Of a stretch of DNA of 64,000 nt, positions 12,220 to 24,250 are shown in pieces (position 1 is the stretch's first letter; every line of letters starts with the position of its first letter). The stretch lies in the NCBI GenBank assembly GCA_043228905.1, contig JBHGNT010000014.1, positions 248,001-312,000 on the forward strand. Reading direction: 5' to 3'. The translations under genes and the position numbers were made by a program. The stretch is from Azolla caroliniana. Taxonomy: Eukaryota; Plantae; Polypodiophyta. A model generated the notes under the pieces. It ran no database searches and was not told the origin of the DNA. It saw only the letters and a program-made list of their open reading frames with translations.

Positions 12220-15069
12220 AGGGTTTAGGGTTTATGGTTGGGGTTCAGATTAGGTGTTTAGGGTTTAGTGTTTCTTCTTTTGATTTAAACAAACAGATAA
12301 ATGGCCACAGGAATCCCAAAAGGTCCTAAAGCACGATCCACCCAACGACGCACACCCAACGTCGACGCGCGCTTCGATCCACCCGCAACCACCATCAACA
12401 TTGACGTGCTCGATACTCTACCATCGACGACCGCACCCAATATTGACTCTCATGCCGGTGAATGTATCACCACCTATCGCCCTACCCCCACATATGAAAC
12501 AATCAATGCTCCACCACACGGTCTAATCCTCGACCCCCAGTCCCTTGATCCCTAGTCCCACGACCCACGCCTTACCCTTGGCCCCTAGTCAAACGACGTA
12601 CACCTTAGCCCCGAACCCTAGTCCTTCAGCCTGCATTGTATCCCCAACCCAACACGTGCACCACGAGACCGAAACTAAATCCTCTACCAGGAAAATACAC
12701 AAGGGTAGACTTAGAACCATGGCTCCCGCTTCTTCAACCGTCGCTCTTCCTCCACATTTTACTAGGAAGGCAAACACCTTCACAACTCAAGAATAGGATC
12801 ACAAGTCACTCACTACATAACCTTAGCTCTTTCCACCTCCCTCCACCGCAACTTAAACTTCTAAGCTTAGGTCTAGACTTTATTTCCCCGCCCCAACCTA
12901 TTAGAAAACAACACTTGATAGTTGTCGTCGCATCCTTGGATAGAACCTACCGTTGTTGGGGTAGTTGTGGTTCGTGCGGCGAAATCGTAGGGACTAAGGT
13001 TAAAAGGAGTTGGCTATATATTTTATAAGGCTTGTGCAACAATGTTAGAAAGATTAAGGATAGGAAGAACAAGAGTTAGAAGTAATGTGCGAGAGACATA
13101 TGAACATAGATAAGAGATAAGAGACAATGTATGATTTAAGAAGTGAAAATGTATTATAAGAACAAGCTTTATATTAAGAACACAATATTTTACCAAAGGT
13201 ACAATGTCGATCAAAAGATGCGACTTTTCTTTCGCTGAATTCTAGATTTGAACCCTTGACTCCAACTTCAAACCACGAGCCTCTTCCCAAATGAGGTAAT
13301 TTGTTTCTTTGATCATATTATTTCTCTCACTTTCTCTTGATCCCTTTCCCTCACTTGATTCCCCTCTTTTTATAGGTGCCTCCATGCATATAATGCATGT
13401 GAGGGTAAAGACATGTGATGCATGATAGACATTTCACTCATTTGAGGTTCCATGTATCAAAATAGACATGGGATATGTATAATAATGGAAATATATTCTA
13501 AAATAACTAACCTAGCCAAGTGGTGTATACCTTGTGCTTGGTATACAAGGTTGAGGGTTCAAGTCTCTCGATTTTACTCAATACAATATTTAGCTTCATT
13601 CTTATATAATGAAGCACATTCTTTATGATACTTTTAAAAATAAATAGCCGAGCATAGTGGCATGTGCATTGTACTTCATATATAAGGGTGTGGGTTCAAG
13701 TTTCTCAAATATTACTAAATACAATATTTAAGTTCATTTTTTATATCGTGAAGCACATTCTTCACGACACCGCCTCAGGTTTTTCTTTAGATTCAAACTC
13801 TACAAACCTCATCTCTCCATTTAGAATACCGAACCCTAGTTGGAATCCCTAGTCGTGCCAGAAATCACACAAACCATCAAATCTATTACCTCTGCCCCAC
13901 CCACCTTCCAACCTTGTCCTCATAAGAACTTTAGAATTGCACTACATAATCTCAAAAAACAATTGCGACGTATTTATAAATCCCGCGGATAAAAATCTAG
14001 GCACGTACATTCTCTCTAAGGAGTGGTACCTTAACGAATGTCTTAGACAGCTCAACGACAATAACACATATACCCTTGTCAAAGACGCCCCCCTAGAAAC
14101 CCTCCATAGCCGACTTGAGCACCTTTGTTTGAAAGCATCCCTTGTTTGAAAGCATCCCCTCACCTCTCCAAAGAGGAAACTAGATTCCTCCTTTAGAAAC
14201 CCAAACATGGTTTCAGGATATGTCACTTCTACATCATCCCCATAATCCACAAGCCCACTGTTGTAGGACATCCTGTTTGCGGCTACAACTGTGTTTTCGA
14301 AAGAGCCTCTAAATGGTTGCACCATCTACTACATCCTACCTTATCGTCTAAAAAACAACACCTCAAAGACTCCCTAACACTTGTTAAGGACTTAGCGCAC
14401 CACACCTTCCCCAAATTCTGCACGTTATTTCTTTTGATATAGTGTCACTATATCCTAGTATACGTACCATGGAAGGTCTATTAGTTCTTAAAAAATCTAT
14501 CTGACATCACTTCCCACCACACAAAACCAAAATCATTATGAATGTTGCTAAACTTATACTTAGAAATAATTATCTCTCCTCTAATAATGCTTTTTGGGTA
14601 CAAATTAAAGTCACCGCAATGGGTAGCAATTTTGACGTTGTTTACGCTTGCTTATTTCTTTTGCAATTAGAGGATGACAACCCAACTTTCCAAACACTGC
14701 AACTACTCTACTACAAACACTACATCGATGACGCCATAGGAGTTTGGGAAGGCTTCCCCGACACAGTTCACACCTTCTTACACCAATATGGTGTGCCTCT
14801 ACAATAACACATCCGAATTGAATCAACAACCTCCCCTAAAGAGATCACCATCTTGGACGTCGTTTTCTTCAAAGGCCCATACTTCAAAGAATTCGGCATC
14901 CTTGACACCGCATGTCACCAAAAACCTCTTAATGCCTACATATACCTCTCGTGGAAATCCTCGCACCCCATAACACACAAAAGGGCTTCATCACGGGAGA
15001 ACTAAAACGGTATGGTATCCGGGAGAGCTCGGAAAATGGCTACATGGAACTACGAAAAACGTCTACGAC
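12220..15069 (+). mobile_element. Penelope-like element A: telomeric repeats, Pro/Thr-rich 5' ORF (12301-12796) and RT, interrupted by a solo LTR
   Basis: PLE N-terminal motif HNLSSFHLPPPQLKLLSLGLDF (~12815-12885); RTYRLRFFF after LTR removal; PADKNLG (13982-14002); FDIVSLYPSI (14433-14462); TAMGS (~14613); YIDD (14721-14732); ILDVVF (~14850); HQKPLNAYIYLSWKSSHP (~14916-14970). Frameshifted. Confidence 0.88.
12954..13769. mobile_element. Solo LTR inserted in the PLE RT
   Basis: Termini TGTTG...CGACA, flanked by CCGT (12950-12953) and CCGC (13770-13773). Removing it restores the PLE reading frame. Confidence 0.7.
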
Positions 15070-15750
15070 GTCGAAGATTTACCCCCACAAGAATCGATTG
15101 CTAAATTGATAGCGAAGGAGGTAAAAAAGGTCTTAGGAAACCAGAAAAAACATAACCATGGTATTCCCAAGAACGAAACGACTGTTAGATCAACCACTAA
15201 ACCCAATGGTAATAATAAAGCAGGTAACAACCATAACCAAGAAAAAGGGAATGAAAAGCTTAATGAAAAGCCAAGAGAGGTTAAACCAACCCCTAAACAA
15301 AACAAACCAAACAAGCCAAAAAATGTGCATGGCAACGAGGGCAGGAATGCACAACCTTCCTTTTCAAAAGGAAACTCGAATGCCCTGAGATTTGGTTTGG
15401 GAAAAACTATGAAACTGCGAAATTACCGCAACAGACCACCACAAAACCGTAGAGTGCTGCAAAAACAATGCGGCGGAGTAAACCGATAAGATGCCTCTTT
15501 TGGCTTCCCCTTCTAAATCCTAATGAGTATACACTTCTCTTGTTTCGTAGTAGACACCAATTGAAGTGGAATGTCGGATAACCAACATGGCGATCTACAA
15601 TCTTTCTTACTCACTTTCGCACCATGAGAAGCTTCTCTTAGGTTTAGGGTTGAAGCACATCCCTCCTTCTAAGTTTCTGAACCCACTTTCACTTCAGTGT
15701 GACTTTGTCGTCTTTTCTCAACAGCTTAAGCTACGATGGTTCTTTAAAAG
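15068..15750 (+). mobile_element. Penelope-like element B, 5' part (Lys/Asn-rich ORF + RT N-terminus); left arm of an inverted repeat
   Basis: IAKEVKKVLGNQKK... followed by YNLSYSLSHHEKLLLGLGLKHIP...LKLRWFFK, the PLE RT N-terminal motif. Confidence 0.8.
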
Positions 15751-15757
15751 GTCGAGA

Positions 15758-16570
15758 TTATTGTGGGTTTGGGACTCGGAAGAGGGGTGTAGCTTGATAT
15801 GCCCCTTTAAAGAACCATCGTAGCTTAAGCTGTTGAACAAAGACGGCGAAGTCACGCTGAAGTGAAAGTGGGTTTGGAAACTTAGCAGGAGGGTGCGAAA
15901 GCGAGTAAGAACAAAGATTGTGGATCGCCATGTTGGTTATACGACATTCCCCTTCGGTTGGTGTCTTTTTACCAAACAAGAGAAGCGTAACCCGTTAGGA
16001 TTTAGAAGGGGAAGCCAAAAGAGGCATCTTACCGGTTTATTCCGTCGCATTGTTTTTGCGGCCTTATGCGGTTTTGCAGTGGTCCGTTTTGGTAGTTTCG
16101 CGGTTTCGTAGTTTTCCTTGAACCAAATCTCAAGGCGTTTGGGGTGCCTTTTGAAGAGGAAGGTTGTGCATTCGAGGGGGTGTATTTCAGCTTTGATTTC
16201 CAGCCCTCGTTGCCCTTCTCGTTTTTTGGCATGTTTGGTTTGTTTTGTTTAGGGGTTGGTTTAACCTCTCTTGGCTTTTCATTAAGCTTTTCCTTCCCTT
16301 TTTCTTAGTTATGGTTGTTACCTGTTTTATTATTACCATTGGGTTTAGTGGTTGATCTAGCTGTCGTTTCGTTCTTGGGAATACCATGGTTATGTTTTTT
16401 CTGGTTTCCTAAGACCTTTTTTACCTCCTTCGCTATCAATTTAGCAATTGATTCTTGTTGGGTTAAATGTTCGACGTCTTCCATAACTTGATCTCACTTC
16501 TTGCTTCTTGCAGACATGGCTTGCATTTAAACCTTTCCTAAACCCTAAACCCTTTGAGTGTCTAAACCTA
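15758..16570 (-). mobile_element. Penelope-like element B, 5' part, inverted copy; preceded by telomeric repeats at 16529-16570
   Basis: Reverse-complement copy of 15068-15750 with substitutions and indels. Contains HNLCSYSLSH...LKLRWFFKGAY. Confidence 0.8.
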
Positions 16571-17379
16571 AGTGGTGATATAGTTTTAGATGAATAGAAA
16601 AATGGAGATGTGGATGAGACCTAGGGGACTGTGGCCTATTAAAGATATGAAAAATATTTAAAACATATTAAAAGTGCTTAGAACATATCAAAGATTATTA
16701 GGATCCATAAGGATCATTAGAAGAAGATTGTAAAAATTGTAGGAGATGTTAGCATCGAGGGTTAGGGGGAATATTTAGATAGGAATTACTTATACATAGA
16801 CGAGTTAATCAAGGTAAGAGAGAGTACGTAGAGAGAAACGAGTCATAAATATTGTTAATAATTTTTTTAGAACGTCTTAAAAAATGAATATGATGATTGA
16901 GGGTAATAAGGAGGGTTTGGGTAAAAAATTCTTAGACAAATATTAGCACTAAGGGAGAATATTTAAGGAACACGAAAAAGATTGGTTAAGAAAAAAGTTG
17001 TGTAGACAAATGCTTAAAAAATAATTACGATTAGGAACAAAATAATTATGATTAAGAAAAAAAGGGGAAACAAGAATGGTTATGATTAAGAGAGATGTTT
17101 TTGATTAAGATGAAAGGGAGTTATTTAAACACACGCTTAAACAAACACTTAAAAGAAATATTTATGAAAAAAGAGAGATTATGATTAAAAAATGATTATG
17201 GTTTAAGAAGAGGGTGATTATAATTAAGAGGGAAGGGGTTGTTTCAACAAAGTACTTAAACAAATGTTTAAACAAATACTTAAAGCAAGGTTATGATTAA
17301 AAGAAAACAGAGGGATTATAATTTTAAAAAAAGGGTCATTGTTAAGAAGAGGATGATTATGATTAAGAAAGGAGTTGTT

Positions 17380-17650
17380 TAAATGATACTTAAACACATG
17401 TTTAAACAAAAACTTGGACAAAAAATGATTAAACAAGTACTTAAAGAAGGGATTAAAGAAGTACTTAATAAAAATGATTAAATAAGTACTTAAAGAAGGG
17501 ATTAAAGAAGTACTTAATAAAAATGATTAAACAAGTACTTAAAGAACGGATTAAACAAGTACTTAATAAAAATGATTAAACAAGTACTTAAAGAACGGAT
17601 TAAACAAGTACTTAATAAAAGTGATTATACAAGTACTTAATAAAAACTTC
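17380..17650. repeat. AT-rich minisatellite (~23-24-bp units built on AAGTACTTAA) in the PLE 3' region
   Basis: Alternating AAGTACTTAAAGAAGGGATTAAAG and AAGTACTTAATAAAAATGATTAAAC-type units. Confidence 0.85.
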
Positions 17651-17715
17651 GACAAAAAATTAGAAGAGAGTAACACATAGAAGGAATGAAAGTTTTACTA
17701 TCATAAGGCAACGAA

Positions 17716-17757
17716 CGGCAAATGCATTTCGCCTTGATGAAGGCTCTTCAATGCTCG
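17716..17757 (-). ncRNA. Minimal type I hammerhead ribozyme motif (C3U variant)
   Basis: Minus strand: CGAGCA-UUGAAGA-GCCUU(CAUC)AAGGC-GAAA-UGCA-UU-UGCCG. This gives the core, a 5-bp stem II, a palindromic stem III (AUGCAU) and stem I GCA/UGC. It lies about 190 nt downstream of the PLE RT end. Confidence 0.72.
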
Positions 17758-17939
17758 ATGTATAAATGATGAAAACTAAGCCTACTAGGTTGCTCTTTTT
17801 ATATGGAGAGGGGGGAGAGTCCTTTGTATGTGGGACATACAAAAGTGTGTACAAAAAGGAAGGGTAAAGAGTGTACACAAGACTTTAGGTGGGGGGTAAG
17901 AGGAATGAGTGTACATAAAACTTGAGGTGGGGGGAAAGG

Positions 17940-18268
17940 ATGAGTGTACTAGGTGGTTTCTTAGTTTTTTACCATTTAGCCAACACGTGAGAGCGGGTGT
18001 AAGGGAACAATATTGAGGTTGTCATAGAAGGGGTTTAAGTTTGTTTCTCACGAGCGCAACAATTTGGAGTTTTTTGATGCATGGGGAGTAATGAAGCTTA
18101 AAAACAATGGCTGGAGGTTTTTTGTTGTTGGGTTGGTTGGAGAGTAGTTGGTTTTGTATGCAGTAGGGGATGGTCGAAAAGCACTTGAGTAGGAACTTCG
18201 ATAGGTAGCCCCTAGCTCTCAAGCAGTCGTAGAACTTTTTTCGTAGTTCCATGTAGCCATTTTCTGAG
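17940..18268 (-). mobile_element. Penelope-like element A, RT C-terminal (thumb) region, inverted; no GIY-YIG domain follows
   Basis: ENGYMELRKKFYDCLRARGY...IVFKLHYSP...KKLRNHLVHS. It overlaps the end of the + copy (15028-15069) by about 40 nt. Confidence 0.82.
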
Positions 18269-18619
18269 GTCGTGAGAAATCCGAACCCCAACCATAAACC
18301 CAAAACTAACCCTAAACCCTCACAATAGGCTCATAGATATTATGTTGGTTATTAATTGGGTTTTGTTAGTATGAGAGCTCATTGGTGGTTGTGTTGATTA
18401 GTTGATGCCATGATTAGTCTCTTCCATCACTATATAAGGAAGAGAGAAAATATGTATATGGTTGTCGATTTTTATAAGGATTGATTAATACACTATACTT
18501 GTGGGATTCACGATTTTCATATCTTCTTCTTGCAATCTTTTCATAACTAACATTATCTCATATTCTTCTTTCTCCTAGTCCAAAACCCTAGTAGTTCCCA
18601 CCCGACTCACGCAAACGAT

Positions 18620-19035
18620 CTAGCGTCGAAAGGCACGACACAAGTGGTGATGTTCGAGCGAATGCTACAAGAACAACGTGCAATGTTGGAGATTGCGGTG
18701 GTAGTAGAGCGGCTTGTGCAACGGAATGGGCAATTCAACGGGAAGGATGTGTCACGATATTTGCGAGATTACAAGGCGAAAATGCTATGGTGCGGAATAT
18801 CGGAAGGATTACAGGTGACATCCTTCAATCGAGTGGCTACGAATGGGCTTTAAGGGAGTATCCACGGGATACGACCACAAAATTCAACGTGGGAAACATT
18901 TGAAGGAGCGCTAAAGACCATGTTCGCCATCGAGGACTCCTCCAAGGCAACGCGAAGGGGATTCAAAGATTGGGTGGAATTGCCAGACAAGGGGTTGAAG
19001 GTCCTCAATGTGTTTTCGGCATTCGAAAGTCGAAC
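18620..19035 (+). mobile_element. Ty3/gypsy gag fragment
   Basis: GQFNGKDVSRYLRDY...TWETFEGALKTMFAIED... resembles a retrotransposon gag capsid. Internal stop, truncated. Confidence 0.65.
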
Positions 19036-20011
19036 GTATCCATTTTTAATTATCCTCAAGTTGAGGATCGATCTCATCTTCTTTGGATTGACTAAGTCAA
19101 TACAAAGGGATAGAAAAAGATGTAGTACCATGTATGAGATCAAGATTATGGTAAAAAATAAATGTAAGTATTGGCATATGTGGTAGTTGTCTAGAAAGAA
19201 CATCTCAAAACTCTGATAAGAGTAACAAACAAATTATGTTGGAAGGTTGTCGTCTTAAGAAACCGGTGGTGTGGGCTAAGCTTTTGTCATGATGATCATG
19301 TTATCTCTTCCAAGGTATTAGTCATCCTAATATGTAGTGGTATGGGATGTTGGTGGTAGGTTGGCTATGTCTTTATCATAGCTAGGGGTTGGTTGAGTGG
19401 ATCGGGTTATTTTATCCAATCTATTTACCTTATTTTATTTTATTTTGGTCTATTGATTAGTAATAGACTCTAAACAAGGGGGAGTAAATACATCATCTTG
19501 TCTCATACCCATCTCATATCTTTCATGCTATAGGTGGGGTTCATACTATGTTGACATTGAGAGAAATACTATATCAAGAAGATAGGCGATTAATACTTTT
19601 AACTGTTAGGGTTATGTAGAAGGATTAAGGCCAAAATTCTTGGCTGAGTACAAGAGACCATGCATTTGAGTCATGACAACTTGGGTGCCTTATATTAATA
19701 CATAATGACAATGATTTTCTAAGCAATGCACTGAAAACAACTAACATCATGTTTTTATACCATCGTACATGACCGTATCAAGACTCATCTCAAACTCTTA
19801 TATCAAGTTAAGTACTCAAATATGTTAGGCACTCAAGGCTGTTGATACTCATCCAAACCTCTTGTATCAAGTTAAGTATTCGAATATTGAGAATAGCACG
19901 CGTGGAGAATATCACGAATATCACGCATGGAGAATATCACGAATATCACACACATTTTGTATCGTCTCTTCTCCTCCCCTGCAAACACTAAAGAGGCAGA
20001 CCCACGCAGAG

Positions 20012-20014
<3 letters not shown>

Positions 20015-20068
<54 letters not shown>
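20015..20068 (+). repeat. (GA)n microsatellite immediately 5' of the GDT1 start codon
   Basis: Seen directly in the sequence. Confidence 0.95.
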
Positions 20069-20070
<2 letters not shown>

Positions 20071-20074
20071 CGCC

Positions 20075-20215
20075 ATGTTAGCTTCACTTGCCTGGCAGCA
20101 CAGGCTCAGGAATGATTCCTTTTCATTATCACCCTCCCTTCGGGTTTACCTCGTCTTTCTGCTTGTCTCCTTCCTCGTATCTCCATCCTTGTACGCTCAG
20201 GTAAGTAATTGTGTA

Positions 20216-20254
<39 letters not shown>

Positions 20255-23200
20255 CACCGTCTTTCTGTCTCTCCTCCTCCCCCCCCTACGTTGTATAATG
20301 TTTATTTCATATCCAGTAAGCCGATCTTGCGATTTGATGCAATCTTTCTCTGATCCAGACGATAGAGGAAGACAATGGTGCTCTGAAGGATGACGCCAAT
20401 GCTATTGAAGAAAACACTCAGTCCTTACGCACCAAGGTAAATTCCCTTTTCCCCCTTTCTCGGCTGATTTAGTTGTCCTATGGAAATCGATCTTTCATTT
20501 GTTGTGTGTGAGATGATACTTTCTGTCTGTTTGTTTATATCTTTAAGCTTTTCCATCAAACGGGCCATAATCAAGACGAAGAAATGAGTGACAATTGGCT
20601 GAATGATGATAGTGACGTGTCAAAGGCCGGGGGCTTGCTTGATGCTCTGTTCACGAGCTTCAGTATGATCCTTGTAAGCGAGGTAAAGTCTTTGGAAGCC
20701 AGTGTGATGGCTGTAGTATCATAAGAAAAATCAAGCTTTGAGAGATGGCCTTTACAATGGAGGGATGGCCAGATCTAAATTTAAGAAGCATAAGTTCAGT
20801 TCAAACCTGTATCCAACATTACAGATTTTGTGCAGATTGGTGATGAGACATTTATCATTGCAGCTTTGTTGGCAATGCGCCATCCTCGGTCGATTGTGCT
20901 GTCTGGTGCCCTCAGTGCCCTCGTGATAATGACCGTAAGTTCTCTTTTCTTTGATATATACAGTATACAGGAGATTGCTAGAATATGATGCATTCTACTA
21001 ATCACATGTGCATGCTGTGCTGGGCATAACTTCCGTGCGTTTGAATAGATACTTTCTACAGGGCTTGGAAGGATAGTGCCTAACTTGATATCAAAGAAGC
21101 ACACAAACAATGCTGCTACAGGTGAGGTTGTGTTTGATATATTGAATGCTAAACTGCCTGCATGTGTCCCATGTTATAGAGTGTATTGATTTTATATTGC
21201 AATTCTTGAGTCATGCAGTCCTCTATACTTTCTTTGGTCTGCGATTGCTGTACATCGCATGGAGATCAAGCTCCAAAAGTTCACAGCAGAAGGAGTTTGA
21301 AGAGGTCTGACGTATGTACTGCATTTTCTTTAATTCGATTGATGCACACATTATTTTTGTTGCTGTTTCTCTTTAGTTTTACAGCATCATAATGTCCACC
21401 TATCATGGGGCTAGCCCTTGGTAAAAAGGGGCGGGGGGGAGATGACAGAAATTGTTATTAAAATTCAGGAATGAGGTAGAAGTGCAGAACTTTTTTTTTC
21501 TTAGTTATATAGACAAAATATAACATTTAGGCATGATCATGTGTGGGAATCAGACAAAATGGGTATTGAAATCAAAACTAATTAGGATAACTTCTCACAT
21601 CAGTATGGATATGCCAGTATAGAAAATAGTACGAAAGTAATGAAATAATATGCAAAGATATTGGATGTAAACTTCAGTAGTCCCTCTTGCTAAGGGATCT
21701 GTAGTATTACAACAAATCAATCAATTATATCGGCTCCATCGTGTACTCAAGTCAACCACTGAACTTTGCCCATATCATTGAAAAAGAGATCCAAGCAATC
21801 ATGCACATCTTTGATCTTTTCTGTAATTATGGACAAAGAGAGTGTGCTGTTTCACCGAGGGACATAACTTCACTGCCAATTTCCAAAGGTAGATTTTGTT
21901 TTTGACCTTTTAGATTAGTAACAGGCTTATAGGTTGAGAAAAGTTAGTGCTCTTTATAAGTTATGTGATACCGTTTTTGGCATTTTGTGAAACACAATGC
22001 TCCATTGACAAGAAGTTGAAGTTGGAGAAAAGGGATATTCCACAAATTTTGAAGTCTGTAAATATGAACTCTAAATACCCCCCAAAAATGCAATCAGAGG
22101 TAGTTGAAAATCCTGGTTTCTGAGATGTTGTGGTCTTTACAGCTGTGCATGATTAGAAGTAAAAATGGTGTTTTGGGAGATGATGGTTTGCTTCACACTT
22201 TTTGTGCTATAATACTTCTATTAGTTTTGGGATGGTTCTCGTCACATATTGCTAGTGATATGTGTAAATGTGTGCTTTTCTTATGGTGTTTTTGAAGAAG
22301 GATGGTTTTCCTCGCAAATTTGTGCTTGTATAATTATTTCCAATCTTTTCACTCCATGAGAAAATTGATCAAACGTGTCTTTTTTTTTAAATGGCCGAAT
22401 CTTTAGGTTGAAGAGAAACTTGAATCTGCTCCTCAAGGAAAGACAACATGGAAGAGAGTTCTATCACGATTTTGTACTCCCATTTTCTTAGAGGTAAGGA
22501 CCATGCATGAGCTGTCCAAACTTCTTTATTCATGTTCTGATTCATAAATTCTGATTATCATATTAAACAAATCTCTGATTAATAAGAGATTTGTTTTATC
22601 AATTTATGAAACCATGCACACCAATATATATTGTTACTCATTAAGACCGGGTGGTATGTAGACGAAAAGAAGTTCTTTCTACATGTTATGAACTATTTCA
22701 AGCTTGTATGATAGTGAAAGCTCCTAAATGATGAGGATAAGTTACTTATGAGCTGGATTCATATTTCATGAACGTTTGTATATTATAAACTATTTCCTAC
22801 CGAGTTTGTACGGTAGAGTGACTTTTTGTAGACTCGTAACTGACGAGGATGAGGTGATTATCTCCCTTGCTGTCACTTTATGTTTTAAAATGATTAGAGG
22901 AGCTTCCACTCCTGTATTTTCCTACTTGTATTTTCAGGGCATGACAGTTTCGTTTAACCTATCTCTATATGACTTTCCATCTCCGTATTATAATGGTTTC
23001 GTTGAAGATTATAGAGCACTACCCCGGTTACATTGCAGGAAAATACATGTCCTGGGACATTCTGGAGATTCATCTTTGGGTCCTCAATTATTAGTTGGAT
23101 TGATATCGTACTACATACAAAATGTCATCATCTTTTATGAGGACAAACTCAAGATATGAGCTGGATTGATATCCCACCTGTTGCAAAACATAATAAATTT

Positions 23201-24250
23201 TACTTAATTATGCATATATGTATATGTATATGTATATTGTATATCTATATATGTATATGTATATCTATCCATCTATCTATCTATCCATATATATATATAT
23301 GATAAATTCAAAAAGTATACTTGCTTATTTTTAAATTAACTACAAATGTGTGGTCAAAGTAAAAACTCATAATCCCAACATTAGAAACAAAATTGTGAAA
23401 ACTAGTAATTTAAGCTTCTAATTATGTCCGTTAGGACTTACCCACATTCTAGTTAGAATCATAGTTAGCGAGTTAAGCTTTCAATTTGACCATTTAGGAC
23501 ATGCTCACTTTATGATTTAACAGAAATGAATTATTGTAACTGGCATAACTTATTTTTTAAGCTCACGTGTTCTTTTCAAATATATTGTGCTTAATGCAAA
23601 CTTTCATGTGTTTAAGAACCTCAACTTTGACAAAGCATGTATAGGCAATTCTAGAAATAACCAAGCATTCATCCTGAATTCATGATACATATAGGCATAT
23701 TTTTAGTCATAGTTTTTAATCACTGGTTAATAAGATGAAAAGTTTCTATTATTGTGCCTAATTTCAACTCATCTACCATAATGTGAGATCTAACCTACAC
23801 GTTAGATGATAGTCTAATTTACCCAAAGCAACTGTGTTTACAACTTTCTGAATTAGAAAATTTGGGAGTGACATGTGGCATCACAAAAATAAACATTTCT
23901 TTGCAGGCCTTCATTTTGACTTTCTTAGCAGAATGGGGAGATAGAAGTCAAATTGCAACAATAGCTGTATGTTCTATATTCCGATAAAATTTCTAACTGA
24001 TTTTTTATTTTATTTTCTGTTTTGTAGAATAACAATGTGAATTTGTCTTTGTTACATGTAGCTGGCAACACATAAAAATGCGGTTGGAGTTACAGTTGGT
24101 GCAATTGTGGGCCATACGATATGCACATCAGTTGCAGTGGTTGGTGGACGCTTGTTAGCCATGAAAATCTCACAGAGGACAGTTGCAATGGTTGGAGGTC
24201 TCTTGTTTCTGGGATTTGCATTGACATCTTACTTTTATCCTCCACTATAG
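20075..24250 (+). CDS. GDT1: GDT1/TMEM165 (UPF0016) Ca2+/Mn2+ transporter, Golgi-type with signal peptide (GDT1-like 3 / PML3-BICAT3-like), about 310 aa
   Basis: Exons 20075-20200, 20359-20436, 20548-20682, 20836-20934, 21049-21121, 21219-21304, 22407-22493, 23907-23966, 24062-24250; all GT-AG, 933 nt open. Both family motifs are present (SEIGDETF, AEWGDRSQ). Ends SYFYPPL*. Confidence 0.95.

Noticed and set aside
11604-12220. Low-complexity ORFs as host genes
   Set aside because: Products of C/A-skewed repeats inside the PLE cluster with no recognisable domain.
17380-17650. CRISPR-like repeat-spacer pattern
   Set aside because: The intervening sequences are themselves repeated, so it is a minisatellite.
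19862-20353. 163-aa ORF as the GDT1 N-terminus
   Set aside because: It reads through a (GA)n tract and intron 1. ATG 20075 gives a coherent signal peptide.
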